From an uncultured Planctomycetaceae bacterium (GTDB lineage Bacteria; Planctomycetota; Planctomycetia; Planctomycetales; Planctomycetaceae), in assembly GCA_963813715.1 (NCBI GenBank), contig CAWFAK010000007.1:608001-672000 (forward strand): a stretch of DNA of 64,000 bases. Reading direction: 5' to 3'. Both the position numbers and the translations under genes were made by a program. The notes beneath the pieces are model-generated. The model was not told where the DNA came from. It searched no databases and saw only the letters and a program-made list of their open reading frames with translations. This document shows positions 55,037-64,000 of this stretch, one piece after another (position 1 is the first letter of the stretch; the number at the start of each line of letters is the position of its first letter).

Positions 55037-55372
55037 ACGAGTCGACGGTGAAACCATTCAGGTGGAGGAACCGCAACAGGCAATAGCCCCGGCGGCGAAA
55101 GGGGCGCCTGCGGGACTTTCTTCCGACCACGGTCACGACCTCCTTCAGGGTCGCCGGAGCGTGTAAAGGCGAGGCTCGTTGCAGTCGTCGGAAGAGAACT
55201 GCCGTAACTCGGCCGTTTACAATTTGCGGCTCGCAAGTGAGTCCGCATTGGCGCAAGGAAACACTGGCCACTTCCGCGCCGCCAGATCTGTGCGCATCAA
55301 CACTGATAACCGTGCGGGGACGCAGCCCATTCGGGGGCCAGACGGTCAATTCACGGGGTCAGCGACACTCGT
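55037..55372 (+). ncRNA. Candidate large structured non-coding RNA, family unassigned
   Basis: 5'/3' ends pair; at least 7 nested stems cover most of the interval; G-U pairs favour the + strand; no credible ORF. Confidence 0.55.
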
Positions 55373-55387
55373 GGAACGAGAACGCTA

Positions 55388-55825
55388 TCAGCCGAGCGGA
55401 ATGTACGCTTGGAGTTTCTCCAGCAGCTGGCCGAAATTCAGGGGCTTGGAGAGGTAGTCGTCGGCCTGTTCGTGCGATGTGTGACGTCGTGCGGAGAAAG
55501 CGTCGCCCGTCAACATCAGGACGGGGATCTTCTTCGTTGTCGGATGATGCCGTAGACGGGCCAGGACCTGTCGACCGTTTTGGCCGGGCATGCAGAGGTC
55601 CAGCAGAATCAGGTCGGGCCGTTTCTCCACAGCCGCCGAGAATCCATCCTCACCGTTGGTCGCGCAGACAACGGTCACTCCGAAGCGCGCCAATCGCATT
55701 TGCCAAATCCTGGCAATTTCCGCGTCGTCGTCAATGCAGACGATCGTCGGAGTTGATCGTGTCGCCGGGCATCGGATGTCGTTGCAACCGCAAACCGCTT
55801 CGGTCGTATGGAGCATTTCGTTCAT
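55388..55825 (-). CDS. Single-domain response regulator
   Basis: IVCIDDD, LLDLCMPGQNG, MLT, YLSKP. Confidence 0.9.
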   Translation of the reverse strand: MNEMLHTTEAVCGCNDIRCPATRSTPTIVCIDDDAEIARIWQMRLARFGVTVVCATNGEDGFSAAVEKRPDLILLDLCMPGQNGRQVLARLRHHPTTKKIPVLMLTGDAFSARRHTSHEQADDYLSKPLNFGQLLEKLQAYIPLG

Positions 55826-55883
55826 TCGCCTGTTCTCGAGATCGTTCGACCCCGATCAGCGCCGGTTGATCATTCAACGCTGC

Positions 55884-56302
55884 TCAGCCGCAGGCGTGAA
55901 ACTGCGGTTCGGACGTGGCAGGGTCGCTTGCGACCGGCGGGCCCAGGATTTCGGCAAGCAGGGGCTCAAGCCGGCTCCAGACGTCGGGGCACTTTTCGAC
56001 GTAGTAGGCGCACAGGTCGTGGCAGCGGATGATCGTTTCCGGATCCTCTGCGCCGTCATGATGGCAACGGGAATTGACCGACACGCCTCGTCGGACGCGA
56101 GCATTTCACAAACACTCAGCCCGTTGCCAGCCGGCATTTCGACGTCCAAGCAGGCCATGTCGGGAGCTTCGGCCTTCGCCAACGACAAGGCGGTGAAGGC
56201 GTCGTAAGCCAGCAGCACCTTCAGTCCGCGGCGGCGACAGCGAAAGGCAATCGCGGCCACAAGCTCACGATCGTCATCGGCAATTAGTAGGGCTTTTTGC
56301 AT
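55884..56302 (-). CDS. Single-domain response regulator (frameshift near 56050)
   Basis: LIADDD, CLDVEMPAGNG, IMT, then DPETIIRCHDLCAYYVEK in a second frame. Confidence 0.8.
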
Positions 56303-56333
56303 CGGCCTAGAGACCTTTCGGGCGGGTATCGCG

Positions 56334-57592
56334 TCAGTTCAGCGGATTTGCGCGGCGATAGGCTATCGCTATGGGCGGAGACGGGCAGAACCTCAGGCGG
56401 GGCCTTGTTTTGAGCCGGATTCTACGGGCACACCCTTTTCGACCCAGCGTCCAATTGTGGAGAGCAGGCGGGTCTGATCCTCGGGAAGTCGCCACAGTCC
56501 GTAGGACTGCAGAGAGACTTCCGGCATCGGCCGACCGAGCCGTCGCCGATTGATCTTTTGACGCCGACGCTCGATCCGCCGGCACAAGCTCTCCCTGCCA
56601 ACCCGCCGTTGGACAATGCTCAACAACCATCGCGTCCCATCCAGCTCGACCGCCAGATCGCGTCGACCGATGATCGAGTTGAGAATATTTCCGACGTCGC
56701 GGGATAGATCTTCGTCGTCGGCTTCACGAATGCTAGCGCGAAAAGAGACACGCGCCGTGCGTCGGGGTGGTGCCTCATCGCGCGGACCAGGTGCCGGCGC
56801 AAGACCTCGACCGAATCGGCGAGCGGAAATCCGATCCACAGCGTGGCTCCGGTCGCGTCGTCCGTCGCCGCGACGCGACCCAGGTTGCACGCGATGAGTT
56901 GTGCGGCGAGAGCCAGCTCGCGGGAGCGGATCATCTCGTCGGTCTCTTTTTCCGCCGCCTGCGCACCGGGCAAGTTCGCCGAGGAGTTCAAGAGTCGCCG
57001 CAGAACTCGGGCCATCTATGCACAGGCGAATGCCCACTTCCTTCAAGTCCCAATCGACGTCCTGCGAGATAGTGATACGACCAGACTCGGCGGCGAGGTT
57101 CAGGACACCGCTCACGATGTTGGCGATCGCCCGGGCGACCGAATCAGCATCGCAATGGATATCAGGCAGGTCCGCGTTCGGCTCGAAATGAAGATCAATC
57201 TTGCGCACCGTCGCTTTGCGCAAGAGCTGCGGGCGGATCTGGGTCAGAATGTCGGCTAGGCGGCAACGGCCGCCCCACACACGATGGCTCTTGGTGCCCA
57301 GCTTGCTCGCATCGATCGCATTGTCAACCGCGCGATTCAAATCGGAGGCGCGATCGGCGACCACGTCCAGAATGCGCCGCTGCTCGTCGGTGAGATCGCC
57401 GACGAGCCCTTCACTCATGAGAGTCGCATATTCTTGAATGACCGTCAGCGGCGTGCGAACATCGTGGGCCAGGCTCTCGCTGAACGTGGTGAACCGACTG
57501 GGATGCGGCCGCCGCTGTCGGCGTCGGCCGCCCCGCAATCCGGCGTGAATCCCGTCTGCGACACCTCGCGTGGAGCTCGATCGATCAGTCAT
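56334..57592 (-). CDS. Histidine-kinase-like protein (HisKA plus degenerate ATPase; several frameshifts, boundaries approximate)
   Basis: LAHDVRTPLTVIQEY...GLVG; DLPDIHCDAD; canonical N/G boxes not recognisable. Confidence 0.65.
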
Positions 57593-57775
57593 CGCTTAGG
57601 CTCGCACCGGCCGGCCTGGAACCGGGACTCACTGTCCCTCTCAACTCTAGGTCGGGCCGCTCGATTGTCCAACGAAATCGATTGGGGTCTTGTGGTGTTT
57701 GGCAACGCGCAGTTGTCACGCGGCAACTGTCCTCATTCGTCGACACAAAGCGACAGGCGAGGGAACGGATTCGAC

Positions 57776-60743
57776 CTAACGTTTGGCCGTCCGTTCGCAG
57801 ACTTCGCGGACTTTCCGCGCGAGGTCGTGGGTGGAAAATGGCTTTTGCAAATAGGTTGCTCCATTCTTCAAGAGATCGGAGCGGCGGACCTCCTCTTCGC
57901 CGTAGCCGGAGATATAAAGCACGCCGATCGGACGGCTTGAGGGCGGTGACACGCAGAGCCAGCTCGGGCCCTCTCATCGCCGGCAACATCACGTCGGCGA
58001 TCAGCAGGTCGATCTCGGCTGCGTTCTGCCTGCTGAGCTCGAGTGCATGTAACGGTTCGCTGGCGGCGAAGACCCGATAACCCTGTGCGGTCAGACCGCG
58101 CATGATGAGTTGGCGTACGCGATCATCGTCTTCGACCAGGAGAATGGTTTCATCGCCGTCGCGGCAACGACGTCGGGTGCGGAGTCAACCTGCCAAGGAG
58201 CCAATCCCGGCGCAAGAGCGGGAGCAGGATCCGGAAGGTCGTTCCCCGTCTTGGGAGCACTTTCGACTTCGATCCGTCCGCCGTACTCGGCGACGATCTC
58301 GGACACCGTGGCGAGCCCCATGCCCACACCTTTGCCGGTCCCCTTGGTGGTGAAAAACGGCTCGAAAATCCGTTTGCGGGTCGCTTCGTCCATGCCAGAG
58401 CCGCTGTCGCTGACCGAAAGCAGCACGTAGCGACCCAGGGGCACACGCGGAAACTTCGATAAGTCCCTGTCGTCCCGGCTCGAGGCTCTGAGTTCCGATG
58501 GCAAGCTGCCCGCCGTGCGGCATGGCGTCGCGCGCGTTGACCACCAGATTCATAAGCACTTGTTCGATGTGCCCGGGATCGGCATGGACACGACCGACGC
58601 TCGGAGAAAGCCCGTCGATGAGCACGATGTGTTCGCCGATCAGGCGGCCGATCATCTTCTGCATGTCGGCGATGTGGGCATTCAGGTCGACGGCATCGGT
58701 TCGGCGGACTCTTTGCGGCAGAAACCCAGCAATTGCCGGGTCAGTCCAGCCGCGCGTTTACCGGCCCCCAGAATCTCGCCGATCAGATCGCGATTAGGAC
58801 CGTTCGCCGGGGTCTTCCAGGACGATCTCGCCGTAGCCCAGGATGATCGTCAGCAGGTTGTTGAAGTCGTGGGCGACGCCGCCCACGAGCCGGCCGACGG
58901 TATCCATCTTTTTCGCCTGGAGCGGATCTGCCGCGCATCGTTCAACGAGATCTTTCGTGCTCGTATTCGAGGAACTGGCCGAACTGTTCGGCAATCATGC
59001 CCAGGAACTCGACCAAAGCGTTTTCGGCTTCGCCGATTTCCATGGCGAAGAACAACAGCACGCCACGGTCGGCCTGATCTATCCCGATGGGAATGCCGAT
59101 CAAATCCTGGAGCCCGCAGCGCGCGGCGAGCTCGCCGCGCGGCAACCCATTCGCCGCCCCGGACGCGGACGAGGCGGCAGCGGAGAAGCAGCGCGCGAAT
59201 TTGCCGTCGAGAATCTGTCGAGCAAACTCGGCCATTGATTCCTCGCCGTCGTCTTGGCTCGCGCGGTCGAACTCCTTCGCGTTGGCAGCCGACGCGTGCC
59301 AGCAGGCGAGCCGCCGCCACACTTCGCCCGACGAATCTTGCACCAGTACTCGCCGACCTCCCAGCCGAAACCGGTGCCGAGCACGCTCACGAGCGCCAGG
59401 CGCCTCGTCGGCCGTTCGGCTCTCCGCGATGACGCTCGTAACACGCTTTTGCACGTCCAGAAAACGTTCGCTCCGTTTGCGATCCCGTTGGTCGCAAAGC
59501 GTGAGCCACGCACCGTGGACGCCGCCCGTGGAATCGAAGAGAGGCACCGCCGAGAGCGCGACGTCGATCAGCCGGCCCTCCTGCGTCAGCAGCTTTGTTT
59601 CCACTTTCTCGGTGGCGCGGCCGAGCAGCGCACCACCGACGCACGCTTCCAGCACGGCGTGGCTCTGTTCCGTCGCGATCGGCAAAGATTGGCCCAGCAC
59701 GTCCGCGGCCTTCCAGCGCAAGAGCCGTTCCGCCCCCTCGCTCCACACGACCACATGCTGATTGACGTCGATGCGGCAAAAACCGACGACGGCCGTGTCG
59801 AGCAGCCGGTCGCGCTCCCTGCGGCTCTCCAGCAATTCCTCCTCGCGGATCAGTCGGGTGAGCACGTTGCCGATCTCGAGCGAGATCGTTTCGACAAGCG
59901 TTGCTCCGGCGAACCGCAGGCCTTGGCAAAAAAAACGGCCAGCACGGCGATGACGTGATCGACTGTCCGCACTGGCTGCAGAATCAGTCCACGAAACGGC
60001 GCCCTCCGGAAGAGCTTTGGCTCGCCCGGCGACGCGCGGGTCGCAGCCGACGTCGGCGATCACCAGCGGAACGTCGTTCTCGCCGACCCGTCGCACCTCC
60101 GACTCGAACAGCGTCGGATCGAGTGAGCGATCGGACGCTGCCGCAGTCCGGGCTTGCAGCACAAGGTCGCTGCTTGCGAGCGGGCGGGTCCAAATCTGGA
60201 CGTCCGGCACGTCGAGATGACGCTGGATCAATTCTGTCCAGACTTCGAGAATCTGGTCCGACGACGTCCCGCCGCCGAACGCCGCCCAGATATCGGCGCG
60301 GAGAGACGCGATGGTGGCCCGCCGCCGTGCAATCCTTTCGGCCTCGTGCCGCTCCGAGGTTTCCATGGCGATAATCGCGAAGACCCGCTGTATCGCGAGC
60401 GGCCGGGTCTGGCAGTAGAGCCATTTGAAACTGCCGTCGCCGCAGCGGAAGCGTGCCTCGAACGCCTCGGGGGGCGCGTCGCCATCCGGATCGCAGAGCT
60501 GACGAACGAGAAACTGCGCAGTCGTCGGGATGGACGAAGGGGGCGAACGAACGGCCGACCAGGCTTTGCTGAGAATGCCCCAAGAGCTGGGACCAGGGCG
60601 CGTTCATCCGCTGAAAACGGCCGTCGTAACCGATGAGGCAGAACGGGGCCGGGACGTCGTCGAGCGTGCAGTGCTCGGCAGCGGCCGCAGCAGGCGACAG
60701 GCGCGAACGGCAAGTCGGCGGGGACGTTCGACGGATGGTTCAT
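57776..60743 (-). CDS. PAS/GAF hybrid sensor histidine kinase with receiver (many frameshifts)
   Basis: [67 protein letters not shown] upstream of the ATG. Confidence 0.85.
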
Positions 60744-60780
60744 CCTGAAACTCCTAGGTCCCTGCGAGCTGGGCTGTCGC

Positions 60781-62322
60781 TCACTCGACCAGGTAAACGT
60801 CCTTCGCAGGCGGCAGGGGCTGCGACGGTGCCAAGGTGGTCTGCAGAATATTGGCAAACCGAATCGAGCCGGCCACGAGACTCATGTCGAATGTTCCGTT
60901 CGCCGCGAAGCACGATCTGGGCGTACTTTCCGTAAACCTGTCCTTGCAGAGTTCCCGCCAGCAGCAGTTGCTGGTCGGCCAGCACGATCGGGCTGCGATC
61001 GACGCGCCGCTGGTAAATCAGCAGTCCGTTGAAGGGGCTGGCCGGGGCATTGAGACCGCTGGTAACTGCTCCCAAGAAGCGAGGCGATCACCACGCTGGG
61101 GATCTGCGTCATGGCCGTGGGCGGCGGGGCGACCGTGTTGCCATCGGAGGCATCCGGAGCGCCGGTAAGCGGCGTGTAGTTGGTCGTGTTCGTGATGTAG
61201 AACATCACGCCGTTGGCGGTGACAATTCCTCCGGTGACGTTGAGGCCAATTTGCGTGGTCGGGTTGACGCTGCGAATGATATAGACGCCCGGATTGAAAA
61301 CCGCCGCCCCACTGACGATCTCGATCCAGTCGTAAACGCCCGGATTCAGGACCTTCGCCGGGCTGATCAGGGGCACGCCGGTCACCTGCACGCCGCCATA
61401 GGTCGTCGCGCTGACATTCGCCGGATCGACGGCGACCGTCGGAGCGGGCAGATTGACGAACGGATCGGGAACCGGCAACTGGTTGGCACGCAGCGGGCTC
61501 TTCTGGCCCGACGTGAAGTTGCCATAGTTCGACGGATTGTCGACGCCGCCAACCACTCGAATGTTGCGCCAACAGACTCGTCAGAGAAATCAGCGGCATG
61601 CACGCGGCCCCGTAGGGTGGGCCGGCCGATGAACCAACCTGATTGCCGTTCTGATCGACTCCGCCCCATTGATTGTTGTCGAGGACGGCGCCGTTCACGG
61701 AGAGCTGCCCCAGTCCCAATATTTCAAGGCCTCCCAGCTGGAGGGCGGGCAACGTCTCGGAAAGCGTCACGTAGGGAGCCAGGTTGGCGGTCACTCCCGG
61801 CGGATTGGCTTCCAGAACGTCGACCGCCGCTCCCGCGGTCGACGCCTCGATCCCGGCGACGGACCGCACCCGAATCGTGGGCGGCGACAAGGTCCCGAGC
61901 ACCTGCATGAAGAAGGTCGTTTTCTGCTCGACTGGCGATCACCTCCACATAGTTGGCATTCCCCGCGTAGGGCCCCGACTGCGGCGGGATATTGACCACT
62001 ACATTGGCGTCGGTGAAGCCGTTTTCGGTCTGGACGCAAGCCACAGCCGCCGCCGTCGCGGCTTCCGCGGTGCCGACGTTGTAGAGGGCTGTCGCGGCCT
62101 CCGTCGCCGCACCGTCGCTGGCGTGTTGCAGGTTGCGGTAGTCGGCCATCAGCAGACTGCTGTCGAGCACCAGCCCCGCAAATCCGCAGAGCACCGGCAG
62201 CAAGATCGCCATCATCACGAGAATCTTGCCGCTACGGTTCGCCCGCAGGTGTTTCGTTCCGGACGGGCGCTACCCCTGTGGTCGTACTGAAAATCAGATT
62301 TCTTGCTGGCCCGGGGTCGCAT
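60781..62322 (-). CDS. TadG-like pilus assembly protein (several frameshifts)
   Basis: [23 protein letters not shown]...[26 protein letters not shown], ends DVYLVE*. Confidence 0.8.
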
Positions 62323-62336
62323 CGGCTTCCCCTCAT

Positions 62337-62820
62337 TCAGTGTTGGACGGACATGGTGCTGACAGCTTGGATCGGTATCGTCTGGGTCCCAGCACGTAGG
62401 GGAGAATCGGCGCGTATTGATAAGTCAGCGTGACCTGGACCGGGTCATCCGGCTGATTCGTTCCTGAGGGCCATTGGATCGAATAGTTCACGCTGCTCAG
62501 GTTGAAGGTGACCAGTTCCGGGCTGAGTGCGTGGCGTAGTCGCTGCCGTCGGCCGCGGTCCCGCTGACAGTGTCCGGCCCCCAAACTGTCTGTGCCGGCG
62601 CGGCCATCTGGCCGTGCACGATCGCGACACGTGCCAGTCGTCGCGCCGCTTCGCTCATCGTGTTGTAATCGAGCACGAGCAGACCCAGATCGAGCATGCC
62701 GAACAGGATCAGCAGAAAGACGATGAGCACGATGCGCCCCCTCGACGGCGGCAACGCCGCGCCGCGGATGCTCTGTCGCGCATGGTTTGGTTCTGGCGAA
62801 TCGTGCGTTTGAAGATTCAT
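62337..62820 (-). CDS. TadE/TadG family pseudopilin (frameshifts)
   Basis: RGVAAVEG + IVLIVFLLILFGMLDLG...EAARRLARVAIVHG. Confidence 0.8.
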
Positions 62821-62859
62821 GGCGGCTCTCGTCTGATGAGCACTCGAGTCCACGTCTGT

Positions 62860-63300
62860 TCACCGGAAACGATCCATCGTCACCGAATGAGTCACGGAAA
62901 ATTGCCCGGGCAGTCCCGGGATGCTCGTCAGCATGTCGAAGCGGTAGTTCGCCTGGACGGTCGCCCGATAAAGGTTGCCGGTCGTGGGCGTGGCCGTCAC
63001 CGTGACGGTCAGCTGATTCGGATTGAACGACTGCCCGTCCCCTGCATTTCTTGCGTGGCCGCGGCGATCACCTGGTTTTGCCAGGACGTATACGAGAAGG
63101 GCGTGTAGCCATGCGTGGCGCCGTATTCGGCCCCGACGCGGGCGGCGTTGGAGACGATGATGTAGGCCCCGATCGAACGCCCCAGATCGACGCAGCCAAA
63201 AACCAACAGCACCAGCAGCGGTAGAACGATTGCGAACTCGACGGCCGCCGCGCCCGCCCGGCGACCGACGACGCCGGATCAAGCTGCGTGATGTCCCCAT
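62860..63300 (-). CDS. TadE family pseudopilin (frameshifts)
   Basis: GAAAVEFAIVLPLLVLLVFGCVDLG...NAARVGAEYG. Confidence 0.82.
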   Translation of the reverse strand: MGTSRSLIRRRRSPGGRGGRRVRNRSTAAGAVGFWLRRSGAFDRGLHHRLQRRPRRGRIRRHAWLHALLVYVLAKPGDRRGHARNAGDGQSFNPNQLTVTVTATPTTGNLYRATVQANYRFDMLTSIPGLPGQFSVTHSVTMDRFR

Positions 63301-63347
63301 GAGACAACCTCGTGCGAGCGATCGCTCCGACTTCTAAACCGTTGCGA

Positions 63348-64000
63348 TCAGTTGCTCCGCACCTCGGCCGGCGGCGGAGCCGAGAACTTTTCGTAAAGCA
63401 GGACGGCGGCCGGTCCCACCAGCACGACAAAAATCGCCGGAAAAATGCAAAGAAGCGTCGGGAACAGGATTTTCACCGAGGCCTTTTGTGCCAACTCCTC
63501 CGCCCGCTGCTCGCGGTGGTAGCGCATCATTTCCGCCTGCGTCCGCAGTGCATTCGGTGACGCTCGTGCCGAACCGGCGCGCCTGCTCGAACAGCGTGCT
63601 CAAGCTGAAAAGGGAGGCCAGGTCGGAACGTTCCGCAAAACTGCGGATGGCGACGTCGGGAGTGGCGCCGAGCTCGATTTGCCGCTGGACGACGGCCATC
63701 TCGCCCGCCAACAGCGGATGGCCAGGGTCAATTCGTCGGTCACGCGCTGCAGCGCCGCCTCCATGCTCAATCCGCTTTGGACGCAGGCGACCAACAGGTC
63801 GAGGAGATCGGGCAGCGATCGGCAGAGCTCGCCTGTCGTCGGCTCTTGCGGCGTCGAGCCACAAGCTGGGCAGAGCAGGCCAAATCTCCGCCGGCGATCC
63901 CCGCAGAACAGGGCCGTCCGCGGATCGGAGAAGCCGGATTGCCCCAAGCAGCAAACCGACCAGCGGGGGCGCGACGATCAGCACAATTTGACCAAGAGGA
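63348..64000 (-). CDS. TadC / type II secretion system F family protein, partial and frameshifted
   Basis: [22 protein letters not shown]...QARRFGTSV...[31 protein letters not shown]. Confidence 0.85.

Noticed and set aside
55025..55050. tmRNA-like start GGGGCC...GTCGACGG
   Set aside because: No T-arm/acceptor 3' end and no tag reading frame ending in hydrophobic-AA-stop
55303..55325. Hammerhead-like CTGATAA
   Set aside because: Core should be CUGANGA...GAAA; neither element matches properly

Overview
GC-rich (~65% by eye) bacterial DNA whose gene content (DUF1549/DUF1553 + DUF1501 pair, PQQ-like and FG-GAP propellers, membrane Ser/Thr kinase, many short palindromic intergenic repeats) points to a planctomycete. 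About 20 genes are split by single-base indels, most likely long-read assembly errors; gene boundaries were reconstructed across them by eye, and family names come from motif recognition, not searches. Bases 1-54.5 kb are ordinary chromosome: sdhC/sdhA, ABC transporter, cca, inositol oxygenase, peptidases, LpxL-like acyltransferase, Sua5, an AmmeMemoRadiSam pair, an ArsR-SRPBCC-DUF899 operon and YcaQ. A tRNA-Leu(CAG) at 54.5 kb is followed by a 3' fragment of tRNA-Ala(CGC) and a direct repeat, the likely att end of an integrated island carrying two-component genes and a Tad pilus cluster that runs off the window. The best candidate for something undescribed is a ~340-nt, densely base-paired, ORF-free + strand segment (55037-55372) just inside that island end, which looks like a large structured ncRNA I cannot assign to a known family.
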